From a candidate division WOR-3 bacterium (GTDB taxonomy: Bacteria > Hydrothermota > Tepidihabitantia > SM23-42), in the NCBI GenBank assembly GCA_027026255.1, contig JALVOT010000004.1, positions 39,061-103,060 of the forward strand: a stretch of DNA of 64,000 nucleotides, written 5' to 3'. The number at the start of each line of letters is the position of its first letter. Within the stretch, counting starts at the first letter, position 1. Made by a program: the position numbers and the translations under genes. Shown here one piece after another: positions 1-8,925 of the stretch. Below the pieces are notes generated by a model, which was not told the origin of the DNA, did not search any database, and saw only the letters and a list, made by a program, of their open reading frames with translations.

Positions 1-1
1 G

Positions 2-241
2 AAATCTGGTTTATTCCCTTCAATCCGTGAATATCGTAATTTCTACGGCTTAACCAGAGAAAGGATTAAAAAGATAAAACCGCATGGTGTGATTATGCAT
101 CCCGGACCGACAAACCGGGGAATTGAAATTGACCCTGAGGTTGCCGATGGGAATAAATCACTCATTCTCAGACAGGTTAAGAATGGTGTAGCATTAAGAA
201 TGGCGGTTCTATTTATCCATGCAGGAGGAAAGATTGAATAG
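2..241 (+). CDS. pyrB: Aspartate carbamoyltransferase catalytic subunit, C-terminal fragment (5' end lies outside the window)
   Basis: Frame-2 translation reads ...[56 protein letters not shown], matching the ATCase C-terminal HPxP/R-G-E motif region. Stop is at 239-241. It lies directly upstream of pyrC and overlaps it by 23 nt. Confidence 0.75.
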   Translation, partial: KSGLFPSIREYRNFYGLTRERIKKIKPHGVIMHPGPTNRGIEIDPEVADGNKSLILRQVKNGVALRMAVLFIHAGGKIE

Positions 242-1526
242 AATATTGATTAAAGGCGGCAGGGTAATTGACCCCGGGACAAATCGTGACGGCCGGTTTG
301 ATATTCTGATCACCGAAAATAAGATTACTCAGATTGACAAAAAGATAACCCCGAAAGGGGCAAAGGTAATCGATGCCCGGGGTCTAATCATTACCCCGGG
401 ATTTATCGACCTCCATTGCCATCTGCGCGACCCGGGGCGTCCAGATAAAGAGACCGTAGAATCCGGTTCCCGGGCCGGGATTGCTGGCGGCTTTACAACC
501 CTCTGCTGTATGCCCAATACCGAGCCGGTCATTGATAATGAAGGCATTGTCAATTATATTATAAAAGAAGCATCACGGGTAGGATTGTGTCGGGTATTAC
601 CCATTGCAGCAATAACCAAAAAAAGGCAGGGAAAGGAGATTACTGAATTCGGTGAATTAATCAAGGCCGGGGCAAAAGGATTTTCTGATGATGGAGATAC
701 TGTTGCCAATGCCAATGTCTTAAGACATGCATTGGAATATTCAAAGATATTTAATGTTCCCATATTTGAACATCCGATTGATAATAATCTTGCCCAGGAT
801 GGAGTAATGAATGAAGGATTTTCATCAACCCGGTTGGGTCTTAAAGGAGCACCAACGATTGCTGAGGATGTCATCGTCGCCCGCGACCTATTGTTAGCAA
901 AATTTACTGGAGCAAGGCTGCACCTTTGCCATATTTCATCAAAGGGTGCAGTTGAGTTGATAAAAAAGGCAAAACAGGAAGGAGTTCACATAACCTGTGA
1001 AACCTGTCCCCATTATTTTTATTTCAATGACGAGGTTCTGGAGACATTTGACACCAATTATAAGGTCAATCCGCCCTTACGCAGTGAAGAGGACAGGAAG
1101 GCGATTATTGAGGGCCTGCGCGACGGCACGATTGATTGCATCGCAACCGACCATGCCCCACATACCCGGGCTGAAAAGGAATTGGAGTTTACCCGGGCGC
1201 CATCGGGGATGATCGGTCTGGAAACCGCACTTTCTTTATGTATTATGGAGCTGATCAATCATCATCAATTCAGCTGGCTTGAACTTATAAAAAAACTGAC
1301 CCTTAATCCAGCCCGAATTCTTAATGAAAAACTGGGTGTACTTCAACCCGGGTTACCTGCAGATATAGCGATGATTGATCCAGAAAAGAGATGGCGCTAT
1401 ACCGAGAACAGGATTCAATCGCGCTCTAAAAATAGTCCACTCTTGAACCGGGAATTAAAGGGTAAGGTGGTCGGATTGATTGTTAAGGGAGATATAAAAT
1501 ATCTTCCCGGAAATAAAGATGTTTGA
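219..1526 (+). CDS. pyrC: Dihydroorotase
   Basis: 435 aa. The [10 protein letters not shown] metal-binding motif and overall cyclic-amidohydrolase pattern (HxH...K...H...H...D) are present. pyrB-pyrC synteny supports the call. Confidence 0.9.
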   Translation: MQEERLNRILIKGGRVIDPGTNRDGRFDILITENKITQIDKKITPKGAKVIDARGLIITPGFIDLHCHLRDPGRPDKETVESGSRAGIAGGFTTLCCMPNTEPVIDNEGIVNYIIKEASRVGLCRVLPIAAITKKRQGKEITEFGELIKAGAKGFSDDGDTVANANVLRHALEYSKIFNVPIFEHPIDNNLAQDGVMNEGFSSTRLGLKGAPTIAEDVIVARDLLLAKFTGARLHLCHISSKGAVELIKKAKQEGVHITCETCPHYFYFNDEVLETFDTNYKVNPPLRSEEDRKAIIEGLRDGTIDCIATDHAPHTRAEKELEFTRAPSGMIGLETALSLCIMELINHHQFSWLELIKKLTLNPARILNEKLGVLQPGLPADIAMIDPEKRWRYTENRIQSRSKNSPLLNRELKGKVVGLIVKGDIKYLPGNKDV

Positions 1527-2037
1527 AAGGACAAACAACCGTGGTAAGAGTACCTTACCGGATTGGCTCAGCAGTGGACAGGACCTTTTTGGCACAATCC
1601 AGATTATAAAAGGGAAGAAGATTGATGTAGGCTATCTGGAGATCGATTCAGAATTTAAATTTAGCAAAACATTTAACTACCCCATTATCTTTATAATCAA
1701 AAGTTCCAATTCAGATATTGAGGCGGATGCAATCGCCTTTAAGATTGATGAAGATAAAGGCAAAACCGAACGGGCAATTGAGGAAAGTATCATTGCTCCG
1801 CATGTCTGTAATATCCTGCGCCGGGAAGATTTTCTTAAATTCTTTGCCGAGGTAGTGGAGAAGGATATCGATTTCGCCCTTTATATAAACAAAACACCGG
1901 AAAAATTTAAAGACCTGAAAATTTATCAATTGAACGAAAATCAGAAGATTGTATTTAATGAACGACTGATCCTCGCCATTAGCGAAATCCTTGACCGGCA
2001 AAAAAAGAATGCTGATTCATCCCGGGGATTAAACTAA
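1519..2037 (+). CDS. Hypothetical protein
   Basis: 172-aa ORF overlapping the pyrC stop by 8 nt, suggesting translational coupling. No recognisable motif. Confidence 0.4.
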   Translation: MFERTNNRGKSTLPDWLSSGQDLFGTIQIIKGKKIDVGYLEIDSEFKFSKTFNYPIIFIIKSSNSDIEADAIAFKIDEDKGKTERAIEESIIAPHVCNILRREDFLKFFAEVVEKDIDFALYINKTPEKFKDLKIYQLNENQKIVFNERLILAISEILDRQKKNADSSRGLN

Positions 2038-3039
2038 ATCCACCCCGAAATCTCCCTTTACCACCTCACCGATAACAATCGGCTTTATCGGACGAAACTG
2101 TTTTATATCTTTCTTATCAATGATACAAACCATTCCGATACCCATATTAAAAACCCGATACATCTCATTTTCTGGAACCTTACCCAGTTTCTGAATCAAA
2201 GAAAAAATTGGCAGGGGTTTCCAGGCATTTTTATGAATTATTACTGAACATTTCCCGGGAAGGATTCTTTTGATATTATCATAGAATCCTCCTCCAGTAA
2301 TGTGGGCAAGACCTTTTATATATTCCATCCTCGGCTCAAGCATCTTTCGATACGAGCGATGAACCTTTAACAACTCTGCGCCAATGGTGCATTTCAATTC
2401 GGGTACATAAGTAGAGAAGCCGTAATTTCTGAATAATATCTTACGTGCCAAGGAATAGCCATTGGTATGGAGGCCTGAGGATTTTAATCCCAGAACAATA
2501 TCACCGGGCCTGATTTTTGAACCGTCGATATAATTACTTTTTTTGACTATACCGACGATGAATCCGACAAGGTCATATACACCCGCAGGATAAAACCTTG
2601 TGAGTTGAGCGGTTTCACCTCCAACCAGCACAATCTTCTCTTTTTTACAGGCCTTTACCACGCCGGAAACAGCCTGGGTTAGAACCCGGGGCTCGAGTTT
2701 TGAGAATCCGATATAATCCATAAAAAAGGCTGGCTGGGCACCGGTGGTAAGGATATCATTTACACAATGGTTTACTAAATCGATACCCACGGTATTATGT
2801 TTATCAAGGGCACAGGCAACAAGGATCTTGGTCCCCACCGAATCACAGCTGCTGATCAAATAATGCTCTTTCCAGGCATAGATGCCGCCAAACAGGCCAA
2901 AGACCGCGCCGCTACTGCCTTTAAATGTGGAGGTCACCTTCTTGCCTATACTTTTTTTAACCTGATTTAAAAAATTGATATCAACTCCGGCTTCCTTATA
3001 AAGCATATCCAATTTTAACCAATTTATCTGCAATTGCAA
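2029..3039 (-). CDS. purM: Phosphoribosylformylglycinamidine cyclo-ligase (AIR synthetase)
   Basis: 336 aa. N-terminal YKEAGVDI and DSVGTKILVA AIR-synthase-family motifs, with the PurM C-terminal domain. Confidence 0.9.
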   Translation of the reverse strand: MQLQINWLKLDMLYKEAGVDINFLNQVKKSIGKKVTSTFKGSSGAVFGLFGGIYAWKEHYLISSCDSVGTKILVACALDKHNTVGIDLVNHCVNDILTTGAQPAFFMDYIGFSKLEPRVLTQAVSGVVKACKKEKIVLVGGETAQLTRFYPAGVYDLVGFIVGIVKKSNYIDGSKIRPGDIVLGLKSSGLHTNGYSLARKILFRNYGFSTYVPELKCTIGAELLKVHRSYRKMLEPRMEYIKGLAHITGGGFYDNIKRILPGKCSVIIHKNAWKPLPIFSLIQKLGKVPENEMYRVFNMGIGMVCIIDKKDIKQFRPIKPIVIGEVVKGDFGVDLV

Positions 3040-3320
3040 GTATTTTTTATCGGCTCTGACGAGTCAATTTGTAAAATTTTCTATATTTATCCGGGAAACT
3101 GTTGATAAAATGATTTTTCCGAGGAGGATAATCAAAATGTCTGCCCTGCCATTTATAATTGATACCCTCTCGCAAATATCAAAAATCCCTTCGTTCGCAT
3201 ACGACCCATCCAATACCATTTTTGTGAAATTAAAAAACCATTATTTCAAAAAACTTCCTGATTCAGTTGAAGAGAAAAAAGTCACAGCACCTTTTAGAAA
3301 ATCGGGCAAAAGTCGAAAAG

Positions 3321-5546
3321 TTACCGCAGTCCCTGGGCCTTAATTTCCGCAGGGATAAAATCTCTTAGTGCTTTCCGATTCAAAATCCTTTTGACATCGG
3401 CCCGGTTTTTGTGTATCAAACACTGTTCGAGAAATTCCTGAAGTCCATTTTCTAAACGATTTATAACCGCCTGCCTCATCTGCTCAGACCAGGGATCATA
3501 CATATGTTCAAATGGTCTGGCGCGAAATAGTTTGAATGCAGACATATATTTTTTGCAGACATAACACCATTCACCAGAATTCATTAATGCCTTTGCCTGG
3601 ACTAAGTTGAGTTCAAAATCCTTATAATCGGTGGTGAAATAAACCCCCTTATTTATCAATAGTTTATTGACCTGGTTATGGGATACTACAAAAAGATGGC
3701 TTGGCAGATGCATTCTTTTCTTGAGCCTTACCAGCAGATGCGAAAGCTGGCTTGAAGGATTTTTACTTTTAGGCCAAAAGTTTTTATAGAGCTGATCAAC
3801 GAAGATTGATTTCCCGGGTTCACCCACCCTGAGTGCAAGATGAATGAGAAATGCCTTTTCCTTGGGAGTCAATAAAACTCTAAAATATTTATGATTGCGA
3901 TAGATAATCATCTTCCCGAGAAATTTTATCTGATAGACCGGAATTTCACGCATAAAAATTGGTAGTCGCAATAACCTTTTGGAAACTCCGGGGTTCTGTT
4001 TCTTTGTAAGTATACCTGTAATAAGTTCTGGGAAAAAAACAATGACCCGTTCAAAAAATCCCATCAAACCTTTCTTCTTTGCATAATTCAAGGCTTTATT
4101 AAAATCTTTTATCTTTAATGATGTCTGGGCACTTCTAAGAAGAGATATTAAATATAATACAGGAAGTCTAATTGAACCAACATCCGTCTTTCCTAAAAGA
4201 GATTCAATCGTTGCCCGATGTTTCATCATATGATATTTTTTAAGAAAGACCAGACTCTCCTGCAGTAAAACTTGCGCTCTCTTTTCATTTCCCAATGCCT
4301 GCTCAATAACTGCCAAACAGAAATTTGCCATATAAATGTAATTACGGAATTGTATTTTTTTTGATTTTTCAAGACACTCTTTAAGATAGAAAACCGCTTT
4401 TTCCAAACTTCCCAGGCCCAGGTTAAGAAGCGCCTTAATCAAAAGATAAAGGGTATAATCCTCACTATCCGATGCTATATTTGACCTATTTTTAAGAAAA
4501 TTCTGTGCTTTTTTGTATTCACCGCCGAGAACCAAAACAAGCGCTATCCTCAAACAGAGGTCTATATCATAATCTTCCTTTTCAAGCTCTAATGCCTTAT
4601 TGTAATATTTTAATGCCTCTCCATAATCAGTAATAAATGTCATTAAATCACCAACCATTATGTATGTATTTGGATGTCTTAGAGAGGTAAGTAATCTTCT
4701 GCACTTTCTTGCACAGACAATTGCATTCTCCACATCCAGAAGTTCTGCACTGGCTGCCCCACTTAAAAATGTCAATGCCATATTTAACGCCGGCTCTCTT
4801 ATATTTTTCACCCGTTTCCTCAACAATCTATTTAACTGTAGCTCTTTTTTCGGCATACGCAGCCAGTGAAGAGCGAGAAGTTCAATAATACCTGCCCAAA
4901 CCGAAGAATATAAAAAGCCGCTTTTCTCAAACATCTTTCTCAAACGTCTTGCCTTCTGGTAAACAACCACTTTGAAAGTTTCCATAAACTCCGCATCAAG
5001 TTTATCCAATCTTCGCCGTAGAGACAGATAACGTTCGGGAATCTTCTTCAGAATATCTGAATATTCAATAGGAAAAGCAGGTAGTTTATTCAAAATTTCT
5101 GCAGCATTTTTCAGGGTTTTATGATCAGAGTTCTTTAAAAGAATAAATTTTACCTTTTCAATAATCTCTTTTGACTCCGGAGTTGAATTCGCCATCGGTG
5201 AAAAAATATTTTCTAAAGGATGATTAATCAAACCGTATCGTTTCCATATAGAATGAATCCCTTTTAATGAAATTTTTATATTTTGTTTTTTTAAAATTTC
5301 TTTTGTCTGCCTGAGGGTAAGCCAGGGTCTATTCTCTTTTAAAAACATAACCCTTTCTTCTATATCCACACCAAATCGATTCCAGGGTTTATGATATGAA
5401 TATTTTAAATTATTATATCTCTTCACGAATCGCCATAATGTCACATGGGATATATTAAATCTCTCAGCCGTCCTTCTTAAAGAACCATCTTCAGCATAAG
5501 CTGAAATCGCCTCCGTCTCTATTTCTGTATTCTCTTTTCGCCTCAT
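3321..5546 (-). CDS. Large multidomain transcriptional regulator: N-terminal HTH, central TPR-like repeats, then an OmpR-type winged helix and a BTAD-like domain
   Basis: 741 aa. N-terminus RRTAERFNISHVTLWRFVKRY is an HTH of the transposase/IS630-like type. The middle has TPR-like repeats (e.g. EALKYYNKALELEKEDYDIDLCL). Residues about 560-640, LTPKEKAFLIHLALRVGEPGKSIFVDQLYKNFWPKSKNPSSQLSHLLVRLKKRM, fit the OmpR/PhoB trans_reg_C pattern. A BTAD-like helical segment follows. The gene is divergent from the duplicated phosphatase genes. Confidence 0.6.
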   Translation of the reverse strand: MRRKENTEIETEAISAYAEDGSLRRTAERFNISHVTLWRFVKRYNNLKYSYHKPWNRFGVDIEERVMFLKENRPWLTLRQTKEILKKQNIKISLKGIHSIWKRYGLINHPLENIFSPMANSTPESKEIIEKVKFILLKNSDHKTLKNAAEILNKLPAFPIEYSDILKKIPERYLSLRRRLDKLDAEFMETFKVVVYQKARRLRKMFEKSGFLYSSVWAGIIELLALHWLRMPKKELQLNRLLRKRVKNIREPALNMALTFLSGAASAELLDVENAIVCARKCRRLLTSLRHPNTYIMVGDLMTFITDYGEALKYYNKALELEKEDYDIDLCLRIALVLVLGGEYKKAQNFLKNRSNIASDSEDYTLYLLIKALLNLGLGSLEKAVFYLKECLEKSKKIQFRNYIYMANFCLAVIEQALGNEKRAQVLLQESLVFLKKYHMMKHRATIESLLGKTDVGSIRLPVLYLISLLRSAQTSLKIKDFNKALNYAKKKGLMGFFERVIVFFPELITGILTKKQNPGVSKRLLRLPIFMREIPVYQIKFLGKMIIYRNHKYFRVLLTPKEKAFLIHLALRVGEPGKSIFVDQLYKNFWPKSKNPSSQLSHLLVRLKKRMHLPSHLFVVSHNQVNKLLINKGVYFTTDYKDFELNLVQAKALMNSGEWCYVCKKYMSAFKLFRARPFEHMYDPWSEQMRQAVINRLENGLQEFLEQCLIHKNRADVKRILNRKALRDFIPAEIKAQGLR

Positions 5547-5560
5547 AAGAGATTATAACC

Positions 5561-5580
5561 ATTGTCAAAACATTGTCAAG
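5561..5580. promoter_or_regulatory. Direct repeat ATTGTCAA-N3-ATTGTCAA in the divergent regulator/phosphatase control region (candidate operator)
   Basis: ATTGTCAAAACATTGTCAAG sits 15 nt upstream of the regulator start codon (minus strand). The repeat half-sites are 11 bp apart centre to centre. The same sequence is preserved in the duplicated control region at 8641-8660. Confidence 0.3.
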
Positions 5581-5849
5581 CATTTGTTTCAATTCGTGGA
5601 AAAAATTGAATATAAATTGATGGATAATGCGACACCATTTAAATATTGCCGCAACTATATGAAAAATAAAGGAAAAATTTTGACTGCACCGCCTCAACTT
5701 AACATCGTTTCAACTAATATTATTTTACAATTGATACCAATCCCTGACCAGATTGGTAAAGAAACAGCGTATGGGTGGGTAAAGCAGGACGGTGAATTTT
5801 TTAATGATGTGAAACAAACTAAATCCTTTAAAAGAAAGTGAGGTGAAAA

Positions 5850-8228
5850 ATGAAAAAAGGATTAATACAAGTATGGCTCCTGGGGTTTATATTAACAGGG
5901 TGTCTATATGGGGCTATTAACACCGGACCCTACCTGACTCCAGGGGATAATCCCAAGACCTCTGTCTGGGTTAACTGGAATACCACCAACGCAGCCCAGA
6001 GCAGAGTTGCTTATGGAACCAGTTCTTCTGCACTAAACGACACTGCAAGCAGTTCAGGAACAACTGAATTCCATCATGTATTACTGGATAATCTCAATCC
6101 AGGAACAGTATACTACTACAAAGTTCTCCCCAGTGGCGATGTCAAACATTTCCGAACTTTTCCCAATAGTGCTGACAGCTTCAACTTCATTGCTTTTGGC
6201 GATACCCGTGATGGTGATAATCCCCACCAGCAGATAATGAATCGAATGTGGGATTATGATTTTGTGCTTGTTACCCATTCTGGAGATTTAGTAGGTAGGG
6301 GCAATAGGTGGTCGGATTGGACCACATTCTTTGATATCGAAGATACTGTAATCAGCTATAAGCAGTTTTTACCAGCGGTGGGTAATCATGAATACCCCTA
6401 CACACAATTTGACAGTCTTTTCAAACTCCCTGAGGGAAATAATAACAACTACTATTCATTAGATTATGGAAACGCCCATTTTGTAGTCCTTAATACTCAG
6501 AGCGATATCTCGGCTGAGAGTACCTGGCTTGTAAACGACCTTCAGGCAGCAAATAACAATCCGAATATTGTCTGGAAATTTGCAAATTTTCACCGTCCAC
6601 CTTATTCGTCAGGTCCACACGGAAGTGCTTCGGATATAAGAGCAAAATGGTGTCCGGTATTAGAAGAATATGGAGTGGATATTGTTTTTAATGGTCATGA
6701 CCACGACTATGAGCGAAGTATTGATATCAATGGAACAGTCTATATTGTAACCGGTGGTGGTGGTGCACCCCTTTATAATCCGGACTCAAACTGGTGGACA
6801 GCACATGTAGAAGGCACTTATCATTTTTGTTTGATTGAAATAAGAGACGATGATCTGCTTTTGAAAGCAATCAAACGGGACGGCACTGTATTCGACACTC
6901 TGAGATTGCATAAAGCGGCACATGAACCCTGGATTACAATCACCAATACTGATATTAATGATCCATCTCCTGGTGGAAATGGCAATAACCAATTAGAACC
7001 AGGGGAAACAGCCAACCTTCTAATAACCCTGAAAAACCAGGGTGGTGTCCAAGCAACAAATACTAATGGGCTATTACGCACCAGTGATCCTTATATCACA
7101 ATAAATGATTCAACTACAACGTTCGGTAATATAGCACCTGATTCCCAGAAAACAAATAACGCGGATCCATTTAACATTACAGCATCAGATTCAACCCCAA
7201 CGGGTCATACAGTTCAATTTGAACTTATTGTTACTGCTAATGATTATAATGATACCCTTAACTTTGATATTATGGTCGGCACCAAAGATTATTATGTCTG
7301 GAACCCTGACCCTACTCCATCACCAGGACAGCAAATTGATTCAATCCTGACTGCCCTGGGATATTCTGGTGATTACGGCACATCTCTGGCATCAGATTTA
7401 ACCAAATACAAATCTGTCTTTGTATGCGTTGGAGTATACAGCAACAGTTACATGATAAGAGAGAACAGTCCTGAAGCATCAGCCCTTGCAGATTATCTCC
7501 AGAATCAGCACGGCAGGATGTATTTAGAGGGTGCTGATGTCTGGTACTGGGACCCAAACCATGGTGGTTATAATTTTAATCCGTTATTTGCCATTAATCC
7601 GACTGACGAAGGTACTAACGATATGGGTCCGGTGGTTGGCCAGTCTGGGAGATTTACTGCGGGAATGAACTTCAACTATAATGGTGAGAATAATTATATG
7701 GATCATATCTCACCTACGGGTAATGGATTTTTAATCTTTGTTGACGGTGATAATAATTATGATTGTGGTGTTGCGCATGATGCAGGGGATTATAGGACGG
7801 TTGGGACTTCATTTGAGTTAGGTGGTCTGGTGGATGGGTCTCCACCTTCAACCCGTGCTGCGCTGTTGGATTCGATAATGCATTTCTTTGGAATCTCTAT
7901 CAATCCAGGGGTTAAAGAGCAAAAAGACCTTTCAATGAAACCAGCAAAAACCCAGCTGACCCAACTCTATCCCAACCCGACAAACAGCAAAACTACGATT
8001 AAATTCCAGATTAACCATAATACTCCATTATCATTAAAAATCTATGATGCCATGGGTCGTCTGGTGCGAACGATAATAGACTCTCCCGACTGTAAACCAG
8101 GTTACTACACAGTCAAATGGGAAGGCAATGATAATAGAGGTAGAAAGGTATCAAACGGTATCTACTTCTTATCTTTCCAGACTGATACTCACAAAACACT
8201 ACGTAAGGTAATAGTCATAAAAAGGTAA
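5850..8228 (+). CDS. Secreted calcineurin-like metallophosphatase (purple acid phosphatase family) with a T9SS C-terminal sorting domain
   Basis: 792 aa. Signal peptide MKKGLIQVWLLGFILTGC. PAP N-terminal FN3-like domain (VAYGTSSSAL...GTVYYYKV). Metallophosphatase motifs GDTRDGDN, GNHE, GHDHDYER. The C-terminal roughly 80 aa (LYPNPTNSKTTIKF...NGIYFLSF...KVIVIKR) match the Por/T9SS C-terminal-domain pattern. Confidence 0.8.
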   Translation: MKKGLIQVWLLGFILTGCLYGAINTGPYLTPGDNPKTSVWVNWNTTNAAQSRVAYGTSSSALNDTASSSGTTEFHHVLLDNLNPGTVYYYKVLPSGDVKHFRTFPNSADSFNFIAFGDTRDGDNPHQQIMNRMWDYDFVLVTHSGDLVGRGNRWSDWTTFFDIEDTVISYKQFLPAVGNHEYPYTQFDSLFKLPEGNNNNYYSLDYGNAHFVVLNTQSDISAESTWLVNDLQAANNNPNIVWKFANFHRPPYSSGPHGSASDIRAKWCPVLEEYGVDIVFNGHDHDYERSIDINGTVYIVTGGGGAPLYNPDSNWWTAHVEGTYHFCLIEIRDDDLLLKAIKRDGTVFDTLRLHKAAHEPWITITNTDINDPSPGGNGNNQLEPGETANLLITLKNQGGVQATNTNGLLRTSDPYITINDSTTTFGNIAPDSQKTNNADPFNITASDSTPTGHTVQFELIVTANDYNDTLNFDIMVGTKDYYVWNPDPTPSPGQQIDSILTALGYSGDYGTSLASDLTKYKSVFVCVGVYSNSYMIRENSPEASALADYLQNQHGRMYLEGADVWYWDPNHGGYNFNPLFAINPTDEGTNDMGPVVGQSGRFTAGMNFNYNGENNYMDHISPTGNGFLIFVDGDNNYDCGVAHDAGDYRTVGTSFELGGLVDGSPPSTRAALLDSIMHFFGISINPGVKEQKDLSMKPAKTQLTQLYPNPTNSKTTIKFQINHNTPLSLKIYDAMGRLVRTIIDSPDCKPGYYTVKWEGNDNRGRKVSNGIYFLSFQTDTHKTLRKVIVIKR

Positions 8229-8240
8229 CAGCCATTATTA

Positions 8241-8285
8241 CTTAATACAGTCTGCGGGGCATTTTGCCCTGCAGACTGTATTAAG
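8241..8285. terminator. Long near-perfect hairpin (about 21-bp stem) downstream of phosphatase gene 1
   Basis: CTTAATACAGTCTGCGGGGCA-TTT-TGCCCTGCAGACTGTATTAAG. There is no U-tract on the plus strand. It could be a terminator, an RNA-processing site or a protein-binding palindrome. Confidence 0.4.
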
Positions 8286-8482
8286 TGGAATCACTCTCAT
8301 TCTTCGTAACCACAAAAATAGTTTCCTATCCATCCGGCATTATGGTTCTGTCTTCAAAAGTAACAACTCCCTGACCTCCAAATGTTACCCTCATTATTTG
8401 ATTTTTAAGTGTATAGACATATACCTTACAGGGACGCTGCATTGCATATCTCTGTTCAATAATAATCCGAGTGATTTCGTCA

Positions 8483-8626
8483 CCTTTTAATGAAATTTTT
8501 ATCTTTTGTTTTTTAAAATTTCTTTTGTCTGCCTGAGAATAAGCCAGGGCCTATTCTCTTTTAAAAACATAACCCTTTCTTCTATATCCACACCAAATCG
8601 ATTCCAGGGTTTATGATATGAATATT
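8483..8626 (-). pseudogene. Relic fragment of the HTH-TPR regulator gene carried along in the tandem duplication (lacks start codon and first about 47 codons)
   Basis: Positions 8483-8626 are about 95% identical to 5260-5405, i.e. codons about 48-95 of the 3321..5546 regulator on the minus strand. The segment corresponding to 5406-5546, which includes the ATG, is deleted in this copy. Homology then resumes in the shared control region (8627 onward matches 5547 onward). Confidence 0.5.
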
Positions 8627-8640
8627 AAGAGATTATAACC

Positions 8641-8660
8641 ATTGTCAAAACATTGTCAAG
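8641..8660. promoter_or_regulatory. Second copy of the ATTGTCAA-N3-ATTGTCAA direct repeat, upstream of phosphatase paralog 2
   Basis: Identical 20-mer to 5561-5580, inside the duplicated control region. Confidence 0.3.
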
Positions 8661-8925
8661 CATTTGTTTCAATTCGTGGAAAAAATTGAATATAAATTGA
8701 TGGATAATGCAACACCATCTAAATATTGCCGCAACTATATGAAAAATAAAGGAAAAATTTTGACTGCATCACCTCAGCTTAACATTATTTTAACTATTAA
8801 TTATATAATTAATACCAATTCTCGACCAGATTGGTAAAGAAACAGCGTATGGGTGGGTAAAGCAGGACGGTGAATTTTTTAATGATGTGAAACAAGTTAA
8901 ATCCTTTAAGAAAGTGAGGTGAAAA

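Noticed and set aside
329-1258. Multiple antisense or overlapping ORFs inside pyrC (329..553, 554..874, 997..1212, 1058..1258)
   Set aside because: They lie entirely within the strongly supported pyrC frame. These are typical shadow ORFs.
3110-3343. 77-codon plus-strand ORF between purM and the regulator
   Set aside because: It is short, overlaps the regulator's 3' end, has no RBS or motif, and its low-complexity composition is typical of AT-rich intergenic noise.
3321-5546. Transposase (because of the IS630-like N-terminal HTH)
   Set aside because: It has no DDE/DDD catalytic domain and no terminal inverted repeats flanking the gene. The remainder is TPR plus OmpR-type wHTH plus BTAD, i.e. 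a regulator.
5584-5841. 85-codon ORF in the phosphatase upstream region
   Set aside because: The duplicated copy of this region (8662-8920) has diverged so that the same frame hits a stop after about 60 codons. Conservation is patchy at the DNA level, which is more consistent with promoter/leader sequence than a protein.
8290-8483. Small minus-strand ORF (about 38 aa, MQRPCKVYVYTLKNQIMRVTFGGQGVVTFEDRTIMPDG) in the spacer between the duplication copies
   Set aside because: It is too short, has no motif and no RBS. It is possibly a gene remnant but unsupported.
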